DNA of 64,000 bases, taken from assembly GCA_964348835.1 (NCBI GenBank), contig CAYGEA010000001.1, positions 5,201 to 69,200 on the forward strand. Reading direction: 5' to 3'. The notes beneath the pieces were generated by a model, which saw only the letters and a list, made by a program, of their open reading frames with translations, did no database searches and was not told the origin of the DNA. The DNA is from an uncultured Bdellovibrionales bacterium. GTDB lineage: Bacteria > Patescibacteriota > Minisyncoccia > Moranbacterales > UBA1568. This document shows, in pieces, positions 9,150-19,534 of the stretch. The translations under genes were made by a program, and so were the position numbers. Position 1 is the stretch's first letter; each line of letters starts with the position of its first letter.

Positions 9150-10676
9150 ATGCGATCATCCACAACCTACAAACTGCTTATTTTCATTCTCCTTTTGGGC
9201 AGCGTACTCCGGTTTTCCGGTTTGGGAAATAATTCTTTCGTATCCGATGAATTTCTCGATATGAATTCGGCATACGGATACGCGCAGACAGGAAAGTGGC
9301 AGGCATGGGACTTCAATCTTGGAAAACCATCAGAGGTGAATATCAATGCACCCCGCGATGAACGAGCAGCGGTCTATAAGTGGCAAGTAGCACAACTTTT
9401 CAAATTTCTGCCGCCCACCGAAACAGTCGCCCGCTCCGTCAGCGTCTTGTGGGGGAGTATCTCTCTTCTGGTGATTTTTTGGGCGTCGCTGACATTCACC
9501 AAGCGCCGTGAAATCGCGCTTCTTGCGACACTTTTGTTCGCGGTTTCCATAAGCGGGATCATCTTCGATCGGACACTCCGGATGTACGCGATGTTTTTTC
9601 CACTCTATCTGGCGGCGACAACCTTTACCTTTCTCGCTTTGGAAAGAATCTATACCGGTCGCATTTCATTACTTAAGGTTCTATGGGAAAAACTGGGTAT
9701 CAATGTTTTATTTGGGATCCCGGCGATACTTCTTTTTATTCTCTCGCTGCTGACGCATCAATTGACTGGGACGCTCGTTTTTTCCGTGGCAGCCTATCTG
9801 CTCGTGCGAGCGTTTCAGGAATATCGCCAGAATGGCAAGCTGCAGAGCAAATATTCCATCATATTCGCTCTCGGTCTGATAGGAGTGATCGCTGTCGCTC
9901 TGTTTTTTCCGAAATTTTTCCGTGCGTTTGCTGGCGGACTCATTTTCTTCGATGATCACTATGGCTACCTCGGTTATGTTTTGCGCGACTATTACCATCC
10001 TCTGCTGGCGATTCTGTTGATGATGCTCGGCGGATGGTGGATCGCCAAGCGCGAGGGGATGCGCAAAGAATCTCTGTGGCTTTCTCTCTCGCTCCTGGTG
10101 CCGCTAGCGATGGCGGTATGGCTGTGGCGGCGCAATATCGGAGCGCAGTATATTTTTTTCATCCAATCATTCGCGCTGATACTGGTCGCATCCGGTATCT
10201 TTGGTGTCTGGAAATTGGTCTGTGAAAAATGGAATATTACTGAAACAAAAAAATCTCTCGTCATCTTGGGCCTGTTATTGGTACTGGTACCGAACTTCGG
10301 ATACTTCGGCGAAGAAAACAACACGTATCACGAAACGTCATCGGGAAGCAATCCGAATTACCGCAAAGTATTTACCTACTTCAAAAAGCAGCATCTCGAT
10401 ACTGATGTCCTCGTGACCCGCAACGGACGCAATTACTACTTTAGCGGTGCCAACGTGCCGGTGTACGATCTTGGGGATGAAATATCCCGGACTCGGCTTT
10501 CACAAGAAGATCTAGAGAGGTTGATGCAGGAGCATCAGACGGGATGGGTTATTTTGTCCGACAATGACTATGACTATGTCGGCAAAGGCGTGAAGGAATT
10601 CTTGAACAAAAACCTGACCCGCGTCAGCAACGATCAGGTGCGCGGTGCTATTGATGTCTTTACGTGGGGACGCTAA
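9150..10676 (+). CDS. GT-C fold membrane glycosyltransferase (GT39/GT83-like), paralogue 5
   Basis: 508-aa polytopic ORF. N-terminus RFSGLGNNSFVSDEFLDMNSAYGY... resembles ArnT/PMT family members. It starts 12 nt after the preceding gene. Confidence 0.65.
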   Translation: MRSSTTYKLLIFILLLGSVLRFSGLGNNSFVSDEFLDMNSAYGYAQTGKWQAWDFNLGKPSEVNINAPRDERAAVYKWQVAQLFKFLPPTETVARSVSVLWGSISLLVIFWASLTFTKRREIALLATLLFAVSISGIIFDRTLRMYAMFFPLYLAATTFTFLALERIYTGRISLLKVLWEKLGINVLFGIPAILLFILSLLTHQLTGTLVFSVAAYLLVRAFQEYRQNGKLQSKYSIIFALGLIGVIAVALFFPKFFRAFAGGLIFFDDHYGYLGYVLRDYYHPLLAILLMMLGGWWIAKREGMRKESLWLSLSLLVPLAMAVWLWRRNIGAQYIFFIQSFALILVASGIFGVWKLVCEKWNITETKKSLVILGLLLVLVPNFGYFGEENNTYHETSSGSNPNYRKVFTYFKKQHLDTDVLVTRNGRNYYFSGANVPVYDLGDEISRTRLSQEDLERLMQEHQTGWVILSDNDYDYVGKGVKEFLNKNLTRVSNDQVRGAIDVFTWGR

Positions 10677-10717
10677 ATTGTCAATAAAATAAGTTTTTTG
10701 GTGAGAATAAAAAAGAA

Positions 10718-10746
10718 GGGTTACCAGTACCGTAGCACTGGTAACC
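10718..10746. terminator. Bidirectional rho-independent terminator between convergent genes
   Basis: Perfect 11-bp stem GGGTTACCAGT / ACTGGTAACCC with an 7-nt loop. It is preceded by an A-run (aaaaagaa) and followed by tttgtttttg. Confidence 0.7.
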
Positions 10747-10787
10747 CTCGGATGTTTGTTTTTGCAGATACCGGTAACTACATGCGC

Positions 10788-12158
10788 TCAGGATTCGCTT
10801 TCACTATCCTCGCTTGTTGTCGTAACCGCCGTCTCAGGTGCCGGATGAACTTTATCTTTAGCACTGAGTCGGTCCTGAAGTGCCTTCAGTAGCGCCCCAC
10901 CTTCAGGAGTGTTGTTGAATGCCTCAAGCATTCCACCTATAGCTAGCCCTCCTTTTGGAGTGAACAGCTGCATGGCGCTACCGACGCCATCGAGAGCATT
11001 CCCTGTATTGGCAATCACTTTGACGTCAGCATTTACAAGAGCCTTCGCTTGTTCTGTACCGACCACCGTATATGCCTTGAATGCCTCAAGAGCAACAAGA
11101 TAAGATTGGTACTCCGGCAGAGTGGCAATTTTTTCGGCCAGTGCAATCTGTGCATCAACGGGAGCCATCAACATGGCTTTTTCTGCCGCCGCCTTGGCAC
11201 TGCCTTCAATTTGCACACCTTGGGCATGAAGAGTCGTTGACTGTAGTTGTCCTTCAGCCTTAAGAATAACAACTTGCTTATCTTGATCAGCTAAAACAAG
11301 AGCGGCCTCTTTTGCTATTTCAGCCTGTCTGACTTGGCCAACCTTGATAACGTCCATTTCCTTGTCTTTCGTCACCGCTTCAGCGGTAGCGATTTCCTGT
11401 CGAGCTTGTTGATTAGCCACACCGACTACCTTGTCTTTTTCAGCTGTTTTTTCTCCGACAGCTTGCGCCGCCTCCTGAACACTGATATCAACAGCCCGCC
11501 GAGCCGCAACTTCAGCAGTCTCCGCGGCCTGCATATTGTTGGCAACCTCGACCCGGCTTTCCATGGCAATGTGTGAAGATTTTTTTGCCATGATATTATG
11601 GATAACTTGACTGGTATCCGTATCACGGATATCCATAAGTTCCATATTTTTTACCGGCTCGACACCCCAAAATCCAAGCTGTTCCGTTACCTCTTCAGTG
11701 AACTGTTTGCCGAAAGTTGAACGATCAATCATGATTTCGTTAATATCGTTCGACGCCAAGACCTTGCGAACCGCGCCTTGAGTAATCAGCATTAACTGTT
11801 TCCCCAAGTCGTCAAAAGAGGACACCCGTTGTGCGGCGAGCGTCGTATCCTTGATACGGAAAAATGCCGTGACATCGATTTCAAATGGCACCCGCTCTTT
11901 ATCGTAGGCATGGTAACCGTTAAGCGACAGATTGAAGTTACTCACGGGCAACTCGATATAGGACAGCCCGATAATCGGAATCCAGCTTGGCCAGCTATAG
12001 TAGACGTTGCCGGCTGACTGACCGGTACCATACGATATGGTCTTCTTTCGTGATTGCACGATATGGACCTTGTTGGTATCCACTACCGTACGAAACGCGA
12101 TAGCGATGCCGACCACCAAGAGTATGATGACGGCGATTGATACGGAAAGAATAGGCAT
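10788..12158 (-). CDS. Flotillin / SPFH (band-7) domain membrane-raft protein
   Basis: N-terminal TM (MPILSVSIAVIILLVVGIAIAF), SPFH domain, then a long Ala/Glu-rich coiled-coil flotillin region (AQAVGEKTAEKDKVVGVANQQARQEIATAEAVTKDKEMDVIKVGQVRQAEIAKEA). I moved the start to ATG 12158, which has the SD-like AGAGGTGG 5 nt upstream. The ORF-track start at 12293 would add 45 non-conserved residues. Confidence 0.75.
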   Translation of the reverse strand: MPILSVSIAVIILLVVGIAIAFRTVVDTNKVHIVQSRKKTISYGTGQSAGNVYYSWPSWIPIIGLSYIELPVSNFNLSLNGYHAYDKERVPFEIDVTAFFRIKDTTLAAQRVSSFDDLGKQLMLITQGAVRKVLASNDINEIMIDRSTFGKQFTEEVTEQLGFWGVEPVKNMELMDIRDTDTSQVIHNIMAKKSSHIAMESRVEVANNMQAAETAEVAARRAVDISVQEAAQAVGEKTAEKDKVVGVANQQARQEIATAEAVTKDKEMDVIKVGQVRQAEIAKEAALVLADQDKQVVILKAEGQLQSTTLHAQGVQIEGSAKAAAEKAMLMAPVDAQIALAEKIATLPEYQSYLVALEAFKAYTVVGTEQAKALVNADVKVIANTGNALDGVGSAMQLFTPKGGLAIGGMLEAFNNTPEGGALLKALQDRLSAKDKVHPAPETAVTTTSEDSESES

Positions 12159-12311
12159 TTTTCCACCTCTTGTTATGTGCTGATTGGTAAGATACTCTTC
12201 AGAACACCATTGTCCTGAATGTTTATATATATAGAATATATAATAAGTTTTGTCAATCACTCGTAACCTAGGTTCAACAAGTAAGTGCAACACTGTAAAA
12301 AGGTATTTTTC

Positions 12312-13781
12312 CTAAGCTTTTTTGAAAAGTTTTATGAGTGGGGCGGTGTCGGCTGGTTGCAATTCACCAAAGAGCTTGAGGAAAGCGAAGTAGAGGAAAA
12401 AGAGTAGCGCTCCGGAAGCGAGGAAGCTGTAGGCGCCTTGGGGGAGAATGTATGCCAGCAGGGTTATGAGGAAGGTAGAAAGCAACGAAAGCATAATCGT
12501 TTTCACGGAGAGACGGACATTGAAATGGCGGCTCGTGTAGAAGAGAACGCTCTGCATCAGCAGGAAAGAAATGAGAGTGGTAGCCAGTGCTGCACCAGAG
12601 AGCGCCAAGGCCGGAATAAGAAGAAAGTTGAGCAGTATCATCCCAAAAAAACCGAAACATGCCAAATACATCGGTATTTTCACCAATCCAGCTCCATTGA
12701 GGGCAAAACTGAGAACATAAAAAACCGTGAGAAACCCGACACCAAGCGCAAAAATACTCATCGGGTAGGCGGCTTCACCGTAGACTGTTCCATAAAAAAG
12801 ATGCAGGACTTGCGGCGCGTATATGATGAGCAGGGTCACCATCGGAAAGAGAAGGAGCACCATAAGACGGAGAGCTGTATTGACCAATGTTTCCGTTTCT
12901 TGGGTATTGCGCTCGGCAGTAGTTTTGGAAATAGCCGGCAAGAGAACGATCGTCAAGGCGTAGAAGAGATAGTATGGAATACGCCCGACAGTAATGGCGG
13001 CGCTGTAAATACCAGTCAGGTAATCGTCCTTGAGAAGAGCTTTGACGAAATAAAGATCGAGCGTCAGAATCAATTCATAGAAAACAAGAAAAAGGGTAAG
13101 CGGTCCGGCATAGAGCAGGATCGTTTTGCCTGAGAATGCGATGGGCGCGGTATCTGATTGCTTGGTAGCGGGAAAATAGCGGTGCGTAATGAAGATATCG
13201 GCGCACAGTGCGATCAGAAAAACGAGAAGTGGAGCGGCGATGTATCCAGAGAGTGCGCCTTTGATGCCGAAAAAGTACGCGAAACTGACAATAAATAAAA
13301 CACGTCCGAGCGCGCGAATTGTTTTGAGTATCGCCTGCAGTCTGAAAAAATGGAGTCCGGTGAAATAATAGAAATAAAAAGAAGCCGCCGCGAATGCCGG
13401 AATGATGAGGGACGAGAGCTGGAACAGAGGGGTTAGCGTCGCATCGGAGAGAGCCCAAGCGATGAGTGGGGAAGAAAAAAAGAAAAGCGCGGTCACGCCG
13501 AGCATCAGGAAAACCTGTAGTTTGATAGCTTTGTGCTTGATGCCGAGAATCCGCTCTGGGGAACTTTCAAATATCTCGCTCAAATATTTGGACATCGCCG
13601 TCGGGATGCCGTTGCCGATGAGGATGATAATCATCGTCGTCAGTGTCACCACCAGACTGAAGCGTCCATAATCAGCTGGGCCGAGAATACGTCCAACCGA
13701 TGCGTGGATGATGTAGCCGGCAAGATTGAAAATAATTTCAGAAACCGTGAGCCACACGACTGCTTGGGAGAATTTTTTCAT
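12312..13781 (-). CDS. Polysaccharide/oligosaccharide flippase, MOP superfamily (Wzx-like)
   Basis: 489 aa with 12-14 predicted TM helices. Typical Wzx/PST organisation. The start ATG overlaps the TGA of the upstream kinase gene (ATGA). Confidence 0.65.
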   Translation of the reverse strand: MKKFSQAVVWLTVSEIIFNLAGYIIHASVGRILGPADYGRFSLVVTLTTMIIILIGNGIPTAMSKYLSEIFESSPERILGIKHKAIKLQVFLMLGVTALFFFSSPLIAWALSDATLTPLFQLSSLIIPAFAAASFYFYYFTGLHFFRLQAILKTIRALGRVLFIVSFAYFFGIKGALSGYIAAPLLVFLIALCADIFITHRYFPATKQSDTAPIAFSGKTILLYAGPLTLFLVFYELILTLDLYFVKALLKDDYLTGIYSAAITVGRIPYYLFYALTIVLLPAISKTTAERNTQETETLVNTALRLMVLLLFPMVTLLIIYAPQVLHLFYGTVYGEAAYPMSIFALGVGFLTVFYVLSFALNGAGLVKIPMYLACFGFFGMILLNFLLIPALALSGAALATTLISFLLMQSVLFYTSRHFNVRLSVKTIMLSLLSTFLITLLAYILPQGAYSFLASGALLFFLYFAFLKLFGELQPADTAPLIKLFKKA

Positions 13782-14398
13782 ATTTTTGCGAGAATATCCT
13801 GAAAAATACTTTCTTTGTCTTGATCGGCATTGATAACAATGAGATTCCAGTCAGTAACGTTTTGTTTGAAGAGGGCGGTTTTGGCGCGCAGATACTCGAT
13901 GCCCTGTTCCGGGGCAGACTCTCGGGTCATAATCGTTTCCGGAGTGATATCGAAATAGAATCTGACATCGGCTTTGGGAGTATACGCAGAAAGAAGCTTG
14001 ATGCCCCACTGTGCCGCGCTATGAAGAAAACGGGCTTGCTGCCGGGATAGATAGGCGAGGTTGATAATCGAGTCAAAAAAAGAACGATCAGAGAGCAGGT
14101 AATCATACTCCCGCTTGCGAAGGCTGTTCCTAAGGAAACAGAAGCGCACCATATCGAGAAACAGAAACTTTTCTCGAAGAATGAGAGAAAGGAAAGAAGC
14201 CTGAGTCACTGCCTGCTCTTTTCCTGCAGTAAAAGTTTTCTGTCCTGTGAACAGCCTCGCCAAACGATTCGCCAGAGAAAACTCAACCGCGTGAAAATAG
14301 GCCACTTTCTTTCCTTCTTTTTCCAATTTTGCCTTGAGGAGCGCGAGTTGGGTCGATTTGCCAGAACCGTCGACACCGGAAAATGTGATGAATTTCAT
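13778..14398 (-). CDS. Thymidylate-kinase-like P-loop nucleotide kinase
   Basis: N-terminal MKFITFSGVDGSGKSTQ matches the Tmk P-loop consensus (F-E/S-G-x-D-G-x-G-K-S/T-T-Q). A DRS (DRY-like) motif is at LLSDRSFF. 206 aa. It sits inside the glycan operon, so it need not be the housekeeping tmk. Confidence 0.5.
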   Translation of the reverse strand: MKFITFSGVDGSGKSTQLALLKAKLEKEGKKVAYFHAVEFSLANRLARLFTGQKTFTAGKEQAVTQASFLSLILREKFLFLDMVRFCFLRNSLRKREYDYLLSDRSFFDSIINLAYLSRQQARFLHSAAQWGIKLLSAYTPKADVRFYFDITPETIMTRESAPEQGIEYLRAKTALFKQNVTDWNLIVINADQDKESIFQDILAKI

Positions 14399-14409
14399 AA
14401 GCAGTCCGC

Positions 14410-15915
14410 TTAGTACATAATGACCGCTATCGGTTGCATCTTGACCACCGGTTTGACGATGTTGTTTTTTGTGACGCTTTCGATGACATCTTCTGCTCGC
14501 TTGTAGCGGGAAGAATCCTGCTCGATGACTTTGGAGGAGCGTCCATTGTAGAGTCTCACCCCGCGAGATGCGAGCTTTTGATCTAGTTCGGCCTTGTTAG
14601 CCGGGATAATCGTGTCTGTTTTTTTGTCTGATTTGCCCGCGCCATGGTTGCATGAATAAAAACTGGATTCATTGCCGTCTTGACCGACACACAGATACGC
14701 CTCGGTACTCATCGAAGTCGGGATGAATGCCGGTTCTCCTGTTTCGCGAAAGAGCGGATGATCAGCCATTCGCGCCGGGCCATACGCGCGGCTCGTACCG
14801 TTTCTGTGCACCCAGACATTTTTACCGTAGTGCTCTTCTTCGGACACGAGAATGTGGGGCATATCGTAGAGCAGATCGGCCTCTACCGTGCGTCCCAACA
14901 CTGTTTCAGCAGTCCGGACAAAGTTATGCGTGATAGTCGCTCGGTTGGCGTGCGCGAAGTTGGAGCAAGCGTTGCGCGCCGCCATATAGAGCGTACCGTC
15001 TTTACCCTGACCATCAAAAGCGATGAGAGGCTCTTTTTTCCCGAAGTCGGAGGCCCTGATTTTCTTGGCAATTGCCTGTATGGTTTTTCGATACGGGGTG
15101 ATCCAGAGGAGACGCCCGAGATTCATCAGCACGGCAGTGGAGACATGCTCACGTTTTTTGGCGGTAAACATATACATCGTGTACTGTCCAAGGATGCCGG
15201 AGCCACAATGCACCATCAGGAGATATTGCCCTTTCCGTAGATTGAATTTCCGTGCCGTCTCATCATCGATGACGTCGCTGACTTTCATCAGATCAAGGAA
15301 ATGATTGCCGGCCGCGCCGATGATACCCGCCCGGAACTGAGCGATAAAGAGAAAAAGCGGGGGAATGTACCTCAAAATACCACGACGACTTGGAGAAACG
15401 GAAAAAAAATTACCCCTCTCGATGCTGTTCTCCGCTTCGTTTTTCGTCTTGATACCAAGATAGTCAATCAGCGGTCGGATACCAAGACGGCAGATATCCA
15501 GTATCACGGTAAAAGGTAGGACGGTACCGACATATTTTTTGGTCGGGACGGTTTTGGTGGCAGACTCGAAGATACGGTGAATTTCTTCAGGCGTAACATT
15601 GGTGTCATCGAGGTCGAGACGAACCAGCCGCATACCGCAGGCCGGGTCAGAATCATTGAGTTGAGGCAAAATATACTTTTCCGATACGACGGTCGTTCCG
15701 GTGGCATTCTTCCGACCGGGCTTGGAATGAACATCTGCCATTCCGGCAATATGATGAAAGAGGACATCATTACCAGCCACACTTTCAAGTTGGTCCATTG
15801 TCGCCTGTCCCGGCATCAGCGCGTCTTGGATATGAAAAACCACCGGCACTTTCATCTTCTCCGTCTTCCATTCGCTTTTATGCAAAGAGAGTCTGACGAT
15901 ATTGTTTTCTGACAT
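14410..15915 (-). CDS. rtcB: RNA-splicing ligase RtcB (3'-phosphate/5'-hydroxy nucleic acid ligase)
   Basis: Diagnostic RtcB motifs MVHCGSGILG (cf. HSGSRGIG) and SCNHGAGKS (cf. SCSHGAGR), plus HIAGMADVHSKPG (cf. PDVHLGKG). 501 aa. Confidence 0.8.
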   Translation of the reverse strand: MSENNIVRLSLHKSEWKTEKMKVPVVFHIQDALMPGQATMDQLESVAGNDVLFHHIAGMADVHSKPGRKNATGTTVVSEKYILPQLNDSDPACGMRLVRLDLDDTNVTPEEIHRIFESATKTVPTKKYVGTVLPFTVILDICRLGIRPLIDYLGIKTKNEAENSIERGNFFSVSPSRRGILRYIPPLFLFIAQFRAGIIGAAGNHFLDLMKVSDVIDDETARKFNLRKGQYLLMVHCGSGILGQYTMYMFTAKKREHVSTAVLMNLGRLLWITPYRKTIQAIAKKIRASDFGKKEPLIAFDGQGKDGTLYMAARNACSNFAHANRATITHNFVRTAETVLGRTVEADLLYDMPHILVSEEEHYGKNVWVHRNGTSRAYGPARMADHPLFRETGEPAFIPTSMSTEAYLCVGQDGNESSFYSCNHGAGKSDKKTDTIIPANKAELDQKLASRGVRLYNGRSSKVIEQDSSRYKRAEDVIESVTKNNIVKPVVKMQPIAVIMY

Positions 15916-15965
15916 AGAATATAAATGGAAAGAAAAAAAAAGAAAAACTTTCCAAGATTTATCGT

Positions 15966-17099
15966 TTAGAGTGAATCGTAGATTTCCTCGTATTGCTTGG
16001 CGGTGTTTTTCAGGTCGAAATTCTCCTCCGTGAAACGCCGGGCGTTTTCTCCCAAACGGAGGCGTTCTTCTTTATTATCCCTTAGATAAGCCACTTTTTC
16101 GATGAGTTTTGCTCCAGAATCCTTGGGAATGGTAACACAAATATCGTCGTTTGCAAATTCTCGGAACTGCGGAAGATCAGAAAGAATAACCGGCGTGCCA
16201 CAGGCATATGCCTCGATAATGACCAGCGGCACGTCAAACTTCCCTCGCAGATTCTCAACGGGAAAAACGACGGCATCGGCCGTATTGTACAGCGCGGCCA
16301 TATTTGTGGTTGCGGGGTTTTCTTCAAAAAGAATTTTTTTTTCCAAGCCTGCCTGCTGTATATTTTTCTTGAGCTCTTCACGCTTCGCTCGGTCAGCTTC
16401 GTTTTTGATCCGACACGCAAAAAGAAATCGTGTATGAGAATCCGGATGTTCTGTAAAGTATTGAAGAAAGGTTTTGGCAAGCATATCCGTAGCTCCAAGG
16501 CGAGTGTATTCACCTGGATAGATAACAAAAAAATCATCGGGTGTCAGTCCGTAAGTTTTTAACACTATTTCACTTTTTTTTCGAGGCTGGTAAAGAGTAA
16601 GATCGATACCGGGATAGATGAGCGTGACGTTTTCAAACCCCAAAGCGAGAAGCTTTTGCTTGGCAATATCGGTATAAGTAACAAGATGATCGGCAAAAAG
16701 CATGGTCCTCAATGTTTTTGGCGAGTAGAGGTCATCACGGAGCGTAGCAATCGTCTGGAGAGTCTTGCCATGAGTCGGTTTCGCCAAATGTTTGATGAGG
16801 ATAATGTTTTGTCTGGTCGGCGTGAAAAGGTAATGGGTGATATCAAAATCCTCGCGTACTTTCCGGAGGTAGGAAAAAAGTTCGCTTTTCGTTTTTAGCG
16901 TGAAGTGACCGCTGGAAAAAATGTTTTCTTGACGGACAGTCTCCGGCAATCCTTGGAGAAGTTCTCGTGTCGTGAGGAGAGTGAGCGCGTGACCACGGAC
17001 CTGTTTGCCAAGAAAATACGCGAAGTTCTTGGAGGCTTCATCCCACGGAGGCACGAGGGGGCGGGTAGCTAATAAAACTTTTTTAGACATACTGCGCAA
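15966..17099 (-). CDS. GT4 family glycosyltransferase (group 1)
   Basis: C-terminal GT-B Rossmann domain with EX7E-like segment VIYPGEYTRLGATDMLAKTF...EAYACGTPVILSDL. 377 aa. Confidence 0.7.
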   Translation of the reverse strand: MRSMSKKVLLATRPLVPPWDEASKNFAYFLGKQVRGHALTLLTTRELLQGLPETVRQENIFSSGHFTLKTKSELFSYLRKVREDFDITHYLFTPTRQNIILIKHLAKPTHGKTLQTIATLRDDLYSPKTLRTMLFADHLVTYTDIAKQKLLALGFENVTLIYPGIDLTLYQPRKKSEIVLKTYGLTPDDFFVIYPGEYTRLGATDMLAKTFLQYFTEHPDSHTRFLFACRIKNEADRAKREELKKNIQQAGLEKKILFEENPATTNMAALYNTADAVVFPVENLRGKFDVPLVIIEAYACGTPVILSDLPQFREFANDDICVTIPKDSGAKLIEKVAYLRDNKEERLRLGENARRFTEENFDLKNTAKQYEEIYDSL

Positions 17100-17197
17100 G
17101 TATTAAAACATAATTTTCAAAACACAAACGGAGAGTTATTTTGCATTCTGTGCTTTGGGGTTTGTTTGGTCTTTTGTGTTTTTGGTTTTGAGCTTTT

Positions 17198-17551
17198 TCA
17201 TCTGTAGATTTCTTTCTTCTGATCCATAGCCGTGACGATGACACGGGTGCGGGTATCAGGCTGTATCAGAACAGAGGGAGTGATCGTTATTTTTCCACCG
17301 CGCGGTACCTCAAATGTCGCCTCAGCAAACGTTTCATCGTCGGCGATGATGCTGTATCGGAATTTCGTGTTATCGCTGTGATTTTCGACGGTAAAATCAA
17401 GACTTTCCTGATTGCTCGGCAGAGCGAACGACAGCGTCCACCAATTCTTACCTTGTTCAGGATCGAGCTCGCGCTCATTCTGCCAAAACAGGAAGAGGGC
17501 ACTGGCGACAAACAATGTGATGAAAGTAAGAATGAGGAATCTCTGTGACAT
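17198..17551 (-). CDS. Small N-terminally membrane-anchored hypothetical protein
   Basis: 117 aa with a single N-terminal TM (ILTFITLFVASALFLFW). No recognisable motif. Sits between two glycosyltransferase genes in the same orientation. Confidence 0.4.
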   Translation of the reverse strand: MSQRFLILTFITLFVASALFLFWQNERELDPEQGKNWWTLSFALPSNQESLDFTVENHSDNTKFRYSIIADDETFAEATFEVPRGGKITITPSVLIQPDTRTRVIVTAMDQKKEIYR

Positions 17552-17565
17552 ATATATGAAAAAGC

Positions 17566-19530
17566 CTATTGCTTACGCTTGTATATATGAATGCTGTCTG
17601 ATGTATACACCCGTGAGAATTTTCCTGATTTCTCGAATTGTACGGCATCGAAATGAGGATTGACGGCGACGTAATTGATACCAAGATCAGTATAGCATTT
17701 TTCTCCGGAAGGGGTGTTGGGAACGGAAATCGAGAGGAGCGTACATTGTTCCCGTGAAGGATTATCCTCATAGCGTTTGAAGAAGCCGCGTGAGAGAGGA
17801 TAGGCATAATCACGGAGAAAAAAAAGCTTCATCCAAGAATCAGCGACGATGTAGTTGTGATCCTTGAGAATAATGTCTCCCGCGGTGATTTTTTCAGCGA
17901 GGTACTGTGATGCCGCAAAGGTTTGCACCGTATCAAAGGCTTTGCTTTTCGGGAGCAACGCCTGACTATTATCAAATGATCCGCTACCCGCTGAGAATAC
18001 GAAAAGCGAGCCACTCGCGATAAGGAATAAGAAGTATGGGATCCGAAAGGTCGCTATGCCGCTCCGAAACGTGGCAAAAAAAGCGACAGCAGCGATGGCA
18101 GAGAGCATACCGAGTGGAAAGGAGAGATACGAACCGATACGGTTGGAAGGAATATCGATCAGGAGCCACTGCGGTTCGAGTGTCATCAAGAGAAGAATAA
18201 TGCTCCAGCCGAGGAGGAATGCTCCTCCGTAACGCGTACGTGTGGCAAAAGCAAGAAGAAGAGCGATGCCGGCGAGTCCGAGAGCAACGCGCGCTTCACC
18301 GGAAGAGAATGTTACCTGTAGAAAAGAAAGTCCGGTGCGCGTGTTTTTGGTCGGCGTACCAAGCGCCGTGCCGACGGCATTGGTTTCTATATATGTCGGC
18401 ATCGCGATAAGGAAAAAGAATATACAGGCGAAGAGCACGACGATGATCGGGGCTGGAGTGAGTATAAGCTTCAACCATCCGCGGAGCGTCGTGCCGAGTG
18501 TTTCACAATGAAACAGGAGGGCTATACCCGCGGAAGTTATGAGTATGAAAAGCAGTACCAGCGTACTCAGATGATGTGTGTAGGCGAGAGTGAATGTCAA
18601 GAAAAAACCGAGTGCCAAAAAGCTGGAGCTTTTTTCCTTGAAAGCGCGGTAATAGGCGAGAATAATCAGCGGAATGAAAAAATTTCCGAACGTGTTGCCG
18701 ACAACGCCGCCGGAGATGAATTTGGCCTGAGGAGAAGCCAGACTGTAAAGCGGTCCGAAAAAAAAGAGTGCGGCGAGTCCGACATTCTGCGGCGTAAATA
18801 TCTTTTTTGAGAAAAGGGGATGATATATGTCTGCAGTCAGCCTGAGAGCGAGTGCGGCGAGTGCGAGCAGACTGAGCAGATTAACCAATAAAAGCAGGTT
18901 GACCGGAAAGGCGGAGAAAAAATCCAGTTTTGTGACAATACTGAGAGCGGCAAAGGGCAGGTGCTCACCGATGATGAAGTCCGCGATAGGCTCTGGAGTG
19001 GTCAGCGTATAGGCGCCATTACTGCCAGTGATGATCTCCTGTTTGCCATACAAGGGGAGCGTACCGGTAACCGCGATAAACTTGGACCAGTACATATGAT
19101 GACCGAGATCGGTCGCCGTCGGAAGCACCGCATACGCGAGAAAAATACTTTTGATGAATATGGTCAGAGCGATAAGAACAATAAAGAGCATTTTTTGCTG
19201 TCGAGAAAAGGAGTACGCTTGTCTTTCCTCATACTTAGAGGTTGAACCTCTAAGTGAAGCGGATATCTTGGCGGCCATCGCGAGCAATATGAGCGTGGCA
19301 ATGATACTTGTGATGAGAGCGGTAGAGGAAAGCAAAATGTGCATCTTGCCGAGCAGGATCATCAAAAAATCAATCAGTCCGACGCTGATACCAAAAGAGA
19401 AAATGAGGGTTTCAAAAGGAAGAAGCTGATTGCGTTTGTTGAAAAAAAGAGAAAGAATAACCCATCCCGGCACAAAGAGAAAGATTCCGACAGCGATGGA
19501 GAATAATACCGTCTCTTTTAATGCTTCCAT
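17566..19530 (-). CDS. Large polytopic membrane protein, uncharacterised (possible GT-C-like glycosyltransferase or glycan polymerase)
   Basis: 654 aa with more than 12 TM helices across the N-terminal two thirds and a soluble C-terminal domain. The architecture resembles GT-C enzymes, but I recognise no family-specific motif. Confidence 0.45.
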   Translation of the reverse strand: MEALKETVLFSIAVGIFLFVPGWVILSLFFNKRNQLLPFETLIFSFGISVGLIDFLMILLGKMHILLSSTALITSIIATLILLAMAAKISASLRGSTSKYEERQAYSFSRQQKMLFIVLIALTIFIKSIFLAYAVLPTATDLGHHMYWSKFIAVTGTLPLYGKQEIITGSNGAYTLTTPEPIADFIIGEHLPFAALSIVTKLDFFSAFPVNLLLLVNLLSLLALAALALRLTADIYHPLFSKKIFTPQNVGLAALFFFGPLYSLASPQAKFISGGVVGNTFGNFFIPLIILAYYRAFKEKSSSFLALGFFLTFTLAYTHHLSTLVLLFILITSAGIALLFHCETLGTTLRGWLKLILTPAPIIVVLFACIFFFLIAMPTYIETNAVGTALGTPTKNTRTGLSFLQVTFSSGEARVALGLAGIALLLAFATRTRYGGAFLLGWSIILLLMTLEPQWLLIDIPSNRIGSYLSFPLGMLSAIAAVAFFATFRSGIATFRIPYFLFLIASGSLFVFSAGSGSFDNSQALLPKSKAFDTVQTFAASQYLAEKITAGDIILKDHNYIVADSWMKLFFLRDYAYPLSRGFFKRYEDNPSREQCTLLSISVPNTPSGEKCYTDLGINYVAVNPHFDAVQFEKSGKFSRVYTSDSIHIYKRKQ

Positions 19531-19534
19531 ACGT

